From positions 84,825 through 148,824 of IMG/VR virus record IMGVR_UViG_3300035665_003403: DNA of 64,000 bases; one strand, 5' to 3'. The notes under the pieces are model-generated. The model was given only the letters and a program-made list of their open reading frames with translations. It was not told the DNA's origin and did no database searches. Both the position numbers and the translations under genes were made by a program. Origin of the DNA: a virus. The first letter of the stretch is position 1. Each line of letters begins with the position of its first letter. Shown in pieces: positions 30,111 to 39,563 of this stretch.

Positions 30111-30560
30111 TTAATCTTTTTTACTTTTATAAAAGTTAAAGTATCGATAATTATCGAATACATCATCCATAATCAAATTAATGTATTCATCCAATATGTT
30201 GTTTATATCATTAATTTTTATTGACTCCATTTTGTTCTTTAAGAATAAATTTATTTCGCAATTCATAAAGCTTTTTTTTCCTAATCTAACACCAGAATCC
30301 CTTACATCTAAATCAACTATGGTTCTTTGTTTATCAAACAAACAATTATCTTTAATCAACATATAATCATATAATGATTGTTTTATTTGTTTATTTAGAT
30401 TTCTAATAACCCTATTATAATCATAATATGAATTATCAGTTGGCTCACACCAAGTTTTTATAATAATATAAAATGACTTAGGGTTTTTTATATCGGTAGT
30501 TCCGACTTTTATTTTAATGTTCTTTCGTTTGTTTACGTCAAGTTCTTTACATGTTTTCAT
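30111..30560 (-). CDS. Hypothetical phage protein
   Basis: IVDLDVRDSGVRLGKKSFMNCEI; has its own promoter and terminator. Confidence 0.7.
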   Translation of the reverse strand: MKTCKELDVNKRKNIKIKVGTTDIKNPKSFYIIIKTWCEPTDNSYYDYNRVIRNLNKQIKQSLYDYMLIKDNCLFDKQRTIVDLDVRDSGVRLGKKSFMNCEINLFLKNKMESIKINDINNILDEYINLIMDDVFDNYRYFNFYKSKKD

Positions 30561-30603
30561 TCATTTAAAAGTTAATGATTAAATGTAATCATTTTAAATG
30601 AAT
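30559..30603. promoter_or_regulatory. Interrupted palindrome (operator or translation-blocking hairpin)
   Basis: ATTCATTTAAAA 30559-30570 / TTTTAAATGAAT 30592-30603, with inner TGATTA/TAATCA. Confidence 0.5.
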
Positions 30604-30624
30604 AAGTCAAATGTTTATTTCTTC

Positions 30625-30897
30625 TTATAACGTATCATTTGTATTTCTATCTTGAGTTTTCTTAGTGTTAGTCCAGAATTTTATAAAGATACCAACTAAA
30701 GCTAATATTTTTGGTAAATAAAATGCTTGATGTTCTGTTAACCCAGGTATATCCCCAGCCCATGTCATAATAAAATCAATAACCAGTAATAAGAATGATA
30801 TCAATAATGATATATCACCTCTCTTTCTCCATTTTGGTGGTGTTGGCTTTTTATAGTTATTCCACTCTTTGTTTATATTGTCTTTTAATTTTACCAT
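30625..30897 (-). CDS. Two-TM holin-like membrane protein
   Basis: KPTPPKWRKRGD followed by two hydrophobic helices and a charged tail. Confidence 0.55.
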   Translation of the reverse strand: MVKLKDNINKEWNNYKKPTPPKWRKRGDISLLISFLLLVIDFIMTWAGDIPGLTEHQAFYLPKILALVGIFIKFWTNTKKTQDRNTNDTL

Positions 30898-30908
30898 GTT
30901 ATCTCATA

Positions 30909-31025
30909 TTAGTATCCATTATGGTACCCAACACATTTTGTTGTATTGTATTTTTTTGGTTTATATTTAGTTGTTTTACAACCTAATAAACTAAATGCTA
31001 TCATTATTATCATTATCTTTTTCAT
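30909..31025 (-). CDS. 38-aa lipoprotein (not in ORF track)
   Basis: MKKIMIIMIAFSLLG-CKTTKYKPKKYNTTKCVGYHNGY*; lipobox LLGC; start overlaps the upstream gene. Confidence 0.65.
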   Translation of the reverse strand: MKKIMIIMIAFSLLGCKTTKYKPKKYNTTKCVGYHNGY

Positions 31026-31203
31026 TTTTTCCAAATAACCAATTGAAACTAATGAATGCAATAACAATTTTTAAAGCATCATCAAATATTTTATTGATAC
31101 TTCTTACAGTATCTTTTTCCCATTTTTTAAAAAGTATATTTTCAATCACACCACTAATAATGATTAAAAATAATATTATTGTTATAACCCAAGTAATGTC
31201 CAT
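30991..31203 (-). CDS. Small two-TM membrane protein
   Basis: Two hydrophobic segments. Confidence 0.55.
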   Translation of the reverse strand: MDITWVITIILFLIIISGVIENILFKKWEKDTVRSINKIFDDALKIVIAFISFNWLFGKNEKDNDNNDSI

Positions 31204-31796
31204 GATTTTAAATCCTTAGTAGCTAATCTAATCCCAACAATCTGAGTTTTGACGTAAGTTATTTGCTCTGGACTTAAACTTCTGTTAGGTTCTGTAAAAA
31301 CCAACGATAACATTCCTTCACTAACTTCTTCACCTAATAAAAAGTTATAAGCTTTGTTTATACCGTAAAATTTAGCTGTGTGTGAACTTTCATTATCACC
31401 ATCAGAACTATGTATCACATACCCAGAATTTGACCTATTTAATTCAACTAACATATCAATAGTTGTTGATACTGGTATCGATTGATATTTAGTTATTATT
31501 TTATCTATATTTCTAATTTTACTCAAACTCTCAAATCTCATACTAGAATTATTAAACCCAATTCCATGAAAATCTTTATTTCCATTATGATAATTAATAA
31601 TACTAGCTCGACACAAATCCAAACGTTCAACCATATTATCTAATATATGTTGAACCTTTTTTTCTGCCTCAAGTCTTTTTTTATTAGTTTTAGGTGAATA
31701 ATTAATTTTCTTTTCAATAAACCCTTTTATCCCCCTAGCAAATATGGCAACTAATAAAATAACAATTTGTGATGTGTCTTTATCTAAACCAACCAT
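31182..31796 (-). CDS. Holin T-like protein (N-terminal TM + GAF-like domain)
   Basis: Single N-terminal TM then RASIINYHNG...SSMRFE; architecture recalls T4 gpT. Confidence 0.45.
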   Translation of the reverse strand: MVGLDKDTSQIVILLVAIFARGIKGFIEKKINYSPKTNKKRLEAEKKVQHILDNMVERLDLCRASIINYHNGNKDFHGIGFNNSSMRFESLSKIRNIDKIITKYQSIPVSTTIDMLVELNRSNSGYVIHSSDGDNESSHTAKFYGINKAYNFLLGEEVSEGMLSLVFTEPNRSLSPEQITYVKTQIVGIRLATKDLKSWTLLGL

Positions 31797-31798
31797 TT

Positions 31799-32581
31799 TT
31801 AATTACCCTCCAAAGTGTTTTTAAAGTTCATTATGTTAGAAACCTTATTTATAAATTCCTCATCCGATGAAAATGTGTGAGTCTCATTTAAAACTTTATG
31901 CTTAGTCTTTAATAAAACGTTCTTTAATTCCAAATCATCTTCTTTATCATACCTATCATCAACCATAGTCAATACTTCATTAATCAACGATTTTAAAACT
32001 TCTTCTTTACCTGAGTTATCAATAAGAGCCTTAACAACTTTTTTCTCATTCTCACTTAATTCTGAATATTTTTCATTATAGTTATCAACCATAATACTAG
32101 TCATTAAACTAGTTGGAACATACCCACCATCAATAACAGATTCTTTTACAGTGTTTTTCACCATATAATCAATAACATAATTTTTAGCTTCTAATAACTC
32201 ATCAATATTTTTACCAGATTTTTTAGTTGTAATAAGCTTATTAAGACATTCATGTAACTTTTTTTTAGAATAATCAATTTCTTTACCCTTTAATAATCTA
32301 CCAAGCTTTTCATTTTCAGATATGATATCCGATTTATTAAACTTACTAAGCAAGTTTAAATTCTCATCTAAAAACTGTAAAGCTAAATATTCTTTCGGTT
32401 CACATTTATTCTCTATGTTATCATAAATAAAAAATTGAGTTCTAAGTATCTTGTTTTCTTTTAAAACCTTTAAATACTTTGAGAACTCAGCTTTTTTTTT
32501 GTCGTTTTTTTGTGTAATACCCTCAACTAATAATTCGTTAAAGTTTGTTTTTATATTTCCGAAATTAATCATATAAATCAT
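31799..32581 (-). CDS. Hypothetical head-assembly-region protein
   Basis: Directly after portal; TATTTAT 32589-32595 (-). Confidence 0.65.
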   Translation of the reverse strand: MIYMINFGNIKTNFNELLVEGITQKNDKKKAEFSKYLKVLKENKILRTQFFIYDNIENKCEPKEYLALQFLDENLNLLSKFNKSDIISENEKLGRLLKGKEIDYSKKKLHECLNKLITTKKSGKNIDELLEAKNYVIDYMVKNTVKESVIDGGYVPTSLMTSIMVDNYNEKYSELSENEKKVVKALIDNSGKEEVLKSLINEVLTMVDDRYDKEDDLELKNVLLKTKHKVLNETHTFSSDEEFINKVSNIMNFKNTLEGN

Positions 32582-32623
32582 TTTTAAAATAAATACTCCA
32601 ATTTAACTCAAAAGTGGTTTATT

Positions 32624-35600
32624 TTATAAAATATCGTTAATCTTATTAATCATATCACTCACATTTTCATTAATCAAATTATTCTTTTCACTTACATCAA
32701 AACTATCATTAAGATTTTTGCTAGTTAAATCAAACTTTTTTAGTTTATCATAATTCTCTAATACCAATCGTTCAGTTAGTTGTTCATCATTTCCACTTTC
32801 AACTGTCTCTAAATCACTTTCAGCTGTTTCTAAATCATCAATTGGTTCTTCACCACCTTCGGTACCACCTTCAGTTTCTTCACCCTCATCACCAAAATCT
32901 AAATCACCACTACCTAAGCCTCCACCACCGAAACCACCACCTAAGCCTCCACCACCACCAGAACTTCCACCATCTTCTCCACCTTCACCCCCTGCTGAAC
33001 CACCTTCTAACGCTTTAGTCATATCACCATAAACTCTATCAACCACATCATATAATCCAGTGTGCTTAATAACACTTGGGGTGTTAGCTAATTCAGTCTT
33101 AGCAGCAAATTCCATTCTTTGTTCCAATAAATCTTGCTTGATATCATCATCAGACCAACCTAATATTTCTCTTTTAGCTCTTGTCATAGACATTACACCA
33201 AAACCATTTCCAGCATCAGATACACTATCCTTATACAACGTAACTTTCTTTTGTTCATTATCAACCCTAAGCATTTCTGATTGTGTTGATGGGTTATTCA
33301 ATGTCAAAGTGAAATTATCCATCTCATCCTCAAATCCTAATAACACCAAATGAATCAAAGCTATCTTATTCAACTCTTGTAACATACATTGTTGAATCCT
33401 ATTAATTGTTCTAGCAAATCTGATATCCTGTAACGCCAAATTCTTACCCTCACCAGTCGTTTCATCAAACCCCAAGAATGACTTGGGTACCCTAATAGCT
33501 GTAAATAAATTTGACCTTAGATACTCAATATCTGAAATTTCTCCAAGATTAGAAGCCCCAGCTAATGTATCAATTGGGTTTGGTGCATCCTCACTTCTTA
33601 CGGGAATAAAGAAATCTTGGTCGTTACTTAACATGTTCATTCTCAGGTCCATTTGCCCAGTCGCTGGGTCATAAGATGGTGTTCTTTTGAACCTATTGGC
33701 TATAGCATCAACATACGCTGGTACGTCTGCCTCATCAATATTACCAACAAATATCTTAAATACTCTTCTCTCAGGTGCCCTTGTAACACGATAGGTTAAC
33801 ATAGCATCTTCAGCTAAACAATTATGTACAACACACCCATTAGCTATAAAATTATGTAAATCAGATTCTACTTCCAAATCCCAAACAGATTCATAATCCA
33901 ATTCAGTTACATCAATAATTTTCTCCAATCTAACATCATCAATTTTATTATTAAAATTAATATATAATTTAAACGAGTCAACCCTAGTTTCAATTTTACC
34001 AGTTTTTACATTAAGTTTTTTACTACCATCTCTTTTTGATATTATACCACAACCAATTCCAGATTGTAAACATAAATGTTTTAAATCGGTTATTAATTTT
34101 TTATTAGCTAAACATATTGTACCATATCTATCAGAACCATCAGCATCAAACAAACCATATATTAATTGTCTTTTGTATTCTAAACTCATATTAAACACCC
34201 ATTTAGGTATTCTTTTTTTAGCAAACCCAGTTTTAAAACCAAGTTTTAAAAAAATATTTTTCAACTCTTTATTTGCAATAGTAACTGATTTACTAAATTC
34301 ACTATGTTTACTAGTTCTTATACTTAAATGTGAATTAAATTTATTTTTAGCGTAATTAATATAAAATTCATTTTGCTCTTCATAAACACCTAAAGCAAAC
34401 CCAATTGTATTGTTATTAATCCAACCATCACCTAACATAAATCCAATAAATCTAGACATTCCAGAATCAATATCATATGTCAAATCAATATTAACTAAAG
34501 ATTTAGTATTATGATAGTATAAATCAAAATCACCAGAATTAAAATTAAACAATTCTATTAACTTATTTAAATATTCATATTTTATTTTACCATTACCTTG
34601 AATAAACCTATGTATGTTTTTATAATCGGATTCATTAATATCTTTTAATTTTTTAACAATCCCAACCCTATCCAATAATTTAGATTTAACCAACCCACTA
34701 TCATTTAGTTTTAAATAATAATCATCACTATCTAATTTTATTGTTTTAACTTTATTTTCATTAGATATTGTTGGTATCACTACTCTATCACTTCCAATTT
34801 TAATTTCGTCAATATTTTTATAAGTAAAATCAATCCCATTATAAACTAAAATTGGGTGATTATCGGTTACATTAATAGAATTATATCTACTCCTTACTTT
34901 GTGAGTTTTTTTAATACCACTCTCCCAAACATCCTTAATTTTTGTAGTAACAATTTTTTTATTTTCGTAATCATATGAAAATATGGAGTCACCAGGTTTA
35001 AGATTTTTTATTTTTTCATATCCATCAGTTGTCCAAATATGTGTGTTTTCGCTAACACATAATTGTCTCCATATACGTCTTGCTTTTTCGAGCATTGACG
35101 TACCATAGGGAAGTTTTCTATCATCTGAAAGCATTCTAAAGTGGGCCATTTGCCAAGAAGTAAACTCAATATTCTGTGTTCTCCAAAGGAATTTTATATT
35201 TTCACTATTAGTAGAATTAAACACTCCATTCAACACACCTTCTCTTCTTTCCATTTCGAAATTAGGCATTTGCTTTGCACCCATAATTCCCTTGTCTTTA
35301 TCGATATTAAGAGCAACAAAATTATCACCATATTTTACAACATTTCTAGTCCACATTGGCAACGATGTATGTAAATCTAATCTATTAAAAAATAAATCCT
35401 CCAAAACTGTCTTTACTCTTTTGCTTTCAGAATATATATTCATCATTTTTCCTTGATGATTTAGTGTAACACATTCTTCAGCCATGATATCCATAGCTGC
35501 ACCAATAATTGGAAAGTTCTCCATAGCTTCGAAATCACTATAGGCACCAATTCTTGTTGTTTCGTAAGAAATAGATTGTTGGAATAAACCATTATCTACT

Positions 35601-35797
35601 TTCTTCCAAAGATTATTTAGGTATTTGTTTTGTTGATTGGCTAATAAAGCGGTATCATATTCAGCTTTATTATCAGTCTTTAATAATTGACCTTTAGATA
35701 AATTAAATGTTTGTTGTTTAGGTTCATAAGCTCTAGGCCCATCAGCAGTAAAGACACGACCAAGCTTTTGAAAAACTGTTAATTTTTTATTTTCCAT
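32624..35797 (-). CDS. Portal protein (T4 gp20-like) with intein
   Basis: YG.SMLEKARRIWRQL|intein|CLAEDAML.YRVTRAPERRVFKI.VGN, DFFIPVR, L.GA.NL.EI.DIEY. Confidence 0.95.
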   Translation of the reverse strand: MENKKLTVFQKLGRVFTADGPRAYEPKQQTFNLSKGQLLKTDNKAEYDTALLANQQNKYLNNLWKKVDNGLFQQSISYETTRIGAYSDFEAMENFPIIGAAMDIMAEECVTLNHQGKMMNIYSESKRVKTVLEDLFFNRLDLHTSLPMWTRNVVKYGDNFVALNIDKDKGIMGAKQMPNFEMERREGVLNGVFNSTNSENIKFLWRTQNIEFTSWQMAHFRMLSDDRKLPYGTSMLEKARRIWRQLCVSENTHIWTTDGYEKIKNLKPGDSIFSYDYENKKIVTTKIKDVWESGIKKTHKVRSRYNSINVTDNHPILVYNGIDFTYKNIDEIKIGSDRVVIPTISNENKVKTIKLDSDDYYLKLNDSGLVKSKLLDRVGIVKKLKDINESDYKNIHRFIQGNGKIKYEYLNKLIELFNFNSGDFDLYYHNTKSLVNIDLTYDIDSGMSRFIGFMLGDGWINNNTIGFALGVYEEQNEFYINYAKNKFNSHLSIRTSKHSEFSKSVTIANKELKNIFLKLGFKTGFAKKRIPKWVFNMSLEYKRQLIYGLFDADGSDRYGTICLANKKLITDLKHLCLQSGIGCGIISKRDGSKKLNVKTGKIETRVDSFKLYINFNNKIDDVRLEKIIDVTELDYESVWDLEVESDLHNFIANGCVVHNCLAEDAMLTYRVTRAPERRVFKIFVGNIDEADVPAYVDAIANRFKRTPSYDPATGQMDLRMNMLSNDQDFFIPVRSEDAPNPIDTLAGASNLGEISDIEYLRSNLFTAIRVPKSFLGFDETTGEGKNLALQDIRFARTINRIQQCMLQELNKIALIHLVLLGFEDEMDNFTLTLNNPSTQSEMLRVDNEQKKVTLYKDSVSDAGNGFGVMSMTRAKREILGWSDDDIKQDLLEQRMEFAAKTELANTPSVIKHTGLYDVVDRVYGDMTKALEGGSAGGEGGEDGGSSGGGGGLGGGFGGGGLGSGDLDFGDEGEETEGGTEGGEEPIDDLETAESDLETVESGNDEQLTERLVLENYDKLKKFDLTSKNLNDSFDVSEKNNLINENVSDMINKINDIL
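33821..35059 (-). mobile_element. Intein (413 aa) with LAGLIDADG endonuclease in portal
   Basis: Starts CVSENTHIWTTDG; VTDNHP block B; FIGFMLGDG / GLFDADG; ends VWDLEV...HNFIANGCVVHN|C. Confidence 0.93.
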
Positions 35798-35840
35798 AAA
35801 TTAAATATAATTTTTTATTACTATAAATAAATAGATTGAA

Positions 35841-37619
35841 TTACTTAAAACCACTAAATAACCACATATATTCACCATTTGGGTCTTGCATATTTTTCTT
35901 TACTATTGGTGAAAAATTTGGTTTATTGGTCTTAACTTTTTGACCATTTTGAATTGTAACGAATCCACTTTTTTTATTATCTTCTATAGTTATTTCATTT
36001 CTATTGTGTGTTAACCAAGCTTCCAACATTGCTTTGGATTTGCTTTCCAATTTTTGTAGATTCTTAAATGAGTGTTCATAAATCCATAGACCCATAGCGA
36101 TTACCATCAAACAGTCATCATGTTGACCATCACGATGGTCAGCTCTACCATTTTTATAGATAAAACTTTTCATTTCATTTGTAACTCTAACTGACCTAAC
36201 ATTAAATAAACGTTCTCTTATAACAAACTCTAAATGGGCAATCATTGGTGTTCTAACATTATTAAATGTGAACCCTGGAGTTTTATTCTCTTTATTAAAA
36301 CTGGATAGTGTTTTATGATAATCCAATACTTTACCTGATTGAACATCATAATGTAATCTAGGGTATTTTAATTCTAATAATCTAAGCACTGTTGCAACCC
36401 CCATACCACCAGTTATATCAACAATAACATATCCACCATACAAGCGTCCAAATTCATCAGCTAAGTCACCTAATTTATCGGGTGGTATTCTACCTCTATA
36501 TTCCATAACTTGTTCCATTGTTGTCATATCAAGAACTGAAAAAGCGGAATAATCTTCACTATCTCCACGACTAACATCCACAGGAATCAAATATTGATGT
36601 CCTTCTTTAGGTAATTCCCAAATCCATATTTCCTCACCCCTGGTCATCAATGGTTCTTTCACATTGAATTTTTCTTGATATTCAATATCTTCTTCAGCGA
36701 TAACGTTACCACCAGAACCCAAGAATGATACATCTAATTCTTGTGCGATAGCCTTAGGGTCATTATTCAATGTTTGACACATTGCTCTATACCATGTTGA
36801 TGTTGGTTTATACCCACTATCAATCATAACTTTATATGATTCTAACGTAAATTCAACCTCATTAATTATTTCATCACCCTTTTTCCATTGTAAATCTTTG
36901 TTGTATCTAAGGTCTTCATACCATTTCATTTCAACAATATTATAACCGTTCTTCTTTTTATCTTTGGCTTGTTTATAAGTTTCATAATAAAGTGGGTCTT
37001 GACCATTAGGTGTACTAATAAGAATTACAGCACCACCAGTACCTAAGCTAGTCATAGCTGCACCATACACTTCTTTACCATTATCAATAAATGCTGCCTC
37101 ATCCATTACTAAGTATGTTGGTGTAAATCCCCTTAAAGCATCTTTAGATGTCGCTACAGCCTTTATTCTGCTACCATTGGGTAACATAATCTCTTTTTTA
37201 GATTCAGTGCTGTAAATGGCTTTTTTTTCATTTTCTTCACTACCATAAAATTCTGGTCCCCATAACCATCTTGGTAATTGAGATACAAATGCTTTTATTT
37301 TAGACAAGAACTCAAAAGCCAATTCTTGTTTATTGGCAATGATTAGAATAGCTTCTGGGTTTTCTTTTGGGGCGAAGCCAGCTTTTATAGCTAAATAAGC
37401 AGCTGTGGTTGTACTAACCCCTGCTTGTCTTGGTTTGGTAACCAAGTTTCTATTGTGTGATTCATATGCGTAAATTATTTCCTTTTGTCTTGGGAATAAT
37501 TTAAACGGAACAATACCTTCTCTCGTTTTATCGAAAGTGGAAAAATAAGTTTCTATTACATAAATTGGGTTTACTAAGCACTTAGCAAATTCTGTTAATT
37601 GTTCTTTCCTAGTTAACAT
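35841..37619 (-). CDS. Terminase large subunit (gp17-like)
   Basis: KPRQAGVST, LVMDEAAF, ISTPNG, AQEL, VDVSRG, HDD. Confidence 0.95.
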   Translation of the reverse strand: MLTRKEQLTEFAKCLVNPIYVIETYFSTFDKTREGIVPFKLFPRQKEIIYAYESHNRNLVTKPRQAGVSTTTAAYLAIKAGFAPKENPEAILIIANKQELAFEFLSKIKAFVSQLPRWLWGPEFYGSEENEKKAIYSTESKKEIMLPNGSRIKAVATSKDALRGFTPTYLVMDEAAFIDNGKEVYGAAMTSLGTGGAVILISTPNGQDPLYYETYKQAKDKKKNGYNIVEMKWYEDLRYNKDLQWKKGDEIINEVEFTLESYKVMIDSGYKPTSTWYRAMCQTLNNDPKAIAQELDVSFLGSGGNVIAEEDIEYQEKFNVKEPLMTRGEEIWIWELPKEGHQYLIPVDVSRGDSEDYSAFSVLDMTTMEQVMEYRGRIPPDKLGDLADEFGRLYGGYVIVDITGGMGVATVLRLLELKYPRLHYDVQSGKVLDYHKTLSSFNKENKTPGFTFNNVRTPMIAHLEFVIRERLFNVRSVRVTNEMKSFIYKNGRADHRDGQHDDCLMVIAMGLWIYEHSFKNLQKLESKSKAMLEAWLTHNRNEITIEDNKKSGFVTIQNGQKVKTNKPNFSPIVKKNMQDPNGEYMWLFSGFK

Positions 37620-37653
37620 ATATTCATAAATATATCAAAAAGGGTTAAAAACA

Positions 37654-37680
37654 AAAAAACCGCCATTGTTGGCGGTTTTC
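37654..37680 (-). terminator. Intrinsic terminator
   Basis: AAAACCGCCA-TTGT-TGGCGGTTTT. Confidence 0.85.
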
Positions 37681-37698
37681 AGTTGTGAATAACCATTG

Positions 37699-37779
37699 GT
37701 TAAAGACTAATAGATTTCTAAGTATCACGCACAGGTTATTACCTCACGTTGAGATGTGTGATATTTATTTACCTTTAAC
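37699..37779. ncRNA. Candidate structured RNA element
   Basis: Outer GTTAAAG/CTTTAAC; inner 37719-37731/37755-37767 (13 bp with G-U on +); small apical hairpins. Confidence 0.4.
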
Positions 37780-37780
37780 A

Positions 37781-38353
37781 TTAAAATGGTCCGTCAATGA
37801 ATTTTATGTTTTTTATATTATACAACCCATAACAAGTTCCATAATCACCTTTTTGATTTATGAAATCAGTATGGTAATCACCAAAATACTTAAAGGAGTT
37901 ATATCCAAGTTGTTTAATAAATTTCTGGTAATATTTGTTGTAATCCCAATTATATGTGTCAGAAATTTCTCCAAACAAATCACCAAACTGAACATTTGGA
38001 TAAAGTTTATCGTCAATATCTGATTCAATATTCATATTAAACATTTTGTTAAACAAATCCAAAAGTTTTTGTTGTTCATCACCACTTATTCTTTTATTCA
38101 TATCTAAAATTGGTTCATCTAATTTAATTGAGAATTTACATATATATTTACCTAATTGTTGAGATATGTTTGGTGATTCGGAAAAATATATGGCGTGACC
38201 AAATAGAGCAACATCATTAGCTTGCTCTAAACTAAAATCTGAGTTCATCATGTGTTCCAAACTATTACTTCTGTGATAACATATAATTTCACCAGAGCCA
38301 ATTTTTGATAGACCTTCTTTAATTACTTGCCTTATATAATTTTTTAAATCCAC
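37781..38353 (-). CDS. Putative ADP-ribosyltransferase-fold protein
   Basis: CYHRS...FGHAIYFSESPNIS..LG..I (H-Y-type ART-like); N-terminal IRQVIKE. Confidence 0.5.
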   Translation of the reverse strand: MDLKNYIRQVIKEGLSKIGSGEIICYHRSNSLEHMMNSDFSLEQANDVALFGHAIYFSESPNISQQLGKYICKFSIKLDEPILDMNKRISGDEQQKLLDLFNKMFNMNIESDIDDKLYPNVQFGDLFGEISDTYNWDYNKYYQKFIKQLGYNSFKYFGDYHTDFINQKGDYGTCYGLYNIKNIKFIDGPF

Positions 38354-38366
38354 AAATCACTCCAAA

Positions 38367-39563
38367 TTATAAACTATTCATCAAATCATCCCAATCATAT
38401 CCTTCATCATCAGATTTATTACTATCAAAACCTAAATCTTCAGATAAATCATCACCCTCACTCATATCTTTTTTTATTTCTTCAATAATTTGGTTGATTA
38501 TTTTTTCACCAGCTTTTGTGTTTGCTAAAATTTCTTTCATTTTATAGTTGAAATCATCCACTGGTAAGCTAACCAAATCAGAAAATATATGGTGCTTCAA
38601 ATGAAAATCATCCGCTGGAATCATTTCTGTGATGCAACCCCATAATGCTGGTCCCAATCTCATATCCCAAATTTCAGCTTTAACAAAATCAGCCTTGTTT
38701 ATAACATAATTTGCAATTGATTTTTTCTTTGGTAACCCATTAGCACCAATGATTTCCATAACCCCTTTTACCATTTCATGAATCAATACAGGAAAACTTG
38801 TTGCTTCAACACGAACAACGTTAGGTGCTGTTTCTTCTTCTGTAAATTCAACCTCAACCACTCCACCAGTCATAGCTTCATCTAAATTATTCATAATAAA
38901 ATAAACGTAATCAGCGGTAGACATCAATTTTGCGTATAACCCTGGTAATCTAGGATTTAAAGATGTCAACTCATCATCAACCATATGAAACATATGGTTA
39001 CATTTTTTTGCTGAACCTTGAATCAATGCGTTAACAAAACGTCTTTTGTAGACTTCTTTGTTTGCAACCACCATTTCGTCATGATTTTTGAATTTCATTC
39101 CTTCAACTTCGGTTGGTTCCATATTCATATCCATACCACTTAAGCTAATCTTATCAATCAACTTAACATCAAATTTAATAATTGATTTATCAATATCAAA
39201 TTCTTCATTAATCATATCAATGGCTAACTTAACCAATTCTTTATGATGTGGTTTCTCCAATTCGATTGTTTCAATCAATAATGGTATTACCATCTTAACA
39301 ACATTCGTTGCATCAACATTTTCAATATCAAATGCTCTTTTGTATCGTTTAACAACATCAATAAATCTTTCGTTTACAATCTTTTCATCGAAATTGATTT
39401 CATTTGATTCTGGAAACGCTGGGTGATTTCCCAATGAATGCTTTCGCTCCCTTAATTGTTTTTGAATTTCTGGGTGCATTCTTTCACGCATATTATCTGG
39501 GTATTTATAACCCTCAGTTAGATTTTTTTTTAAGGCCATCTTAGCCATAGATTTGTAATCCAT
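38367..39563 (-). CDS. Hypothetical head-region protein
   Basis: KRRFVNALIQG, FPVLIHEMVKG, EIWDMRLGP; leader KKNLTE. Confidence 0.7.
   Translation of the reverse strand: MDYKSMAKMALKKNLTEGYKYPDNMRERMHPEIQKQLRERKHSLGNHPAFPESNEINFDEKIVNERFIDVVKRYKRAFDIENVDATNVVKMVIPLLIETIELEKPHHKELVKLAIDMINEEFDIDKSIIKFDVKLIDKISLSGMDMNMEPTEVEGMKFKNHDEMVVANKEVYKRRFVNALIQGSAKKCNHMFHMVDDELTSLNPRLPGLYAKLMSTADYVYFIMNNLDEAMTGGVVEVEFTEEETAPNVVRVEATSFPVLIHEMVKGVMEIIGANGLPKKKSIANYVINKADFVKAEIWDMRLGPALWGCITEMIPADDFHLKHHIFSDLVSLPVDDFNYKMKEILANTKAGEKIINQIIEEIKKDMSEGDDLSEDLGFDSNKSDDEGYDWDDLMNSL

Noticed and set aside
32912-32956. 18-bp direct repeat ACCTAAGCCTCCACCACC in portal
   Set aside because: Explained by the GGGGLG low-complexity tail
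37685-38023. ORF on + strand, and the many other shadow ORFs antisense to long genes (e.g. 11608..12147, 27111..28175, 29010..29444, 55595..56038)
   Set aside because: Antisense to well-supported genes, with S/F/I/L-rich composition typical of reverse-frame artefacts
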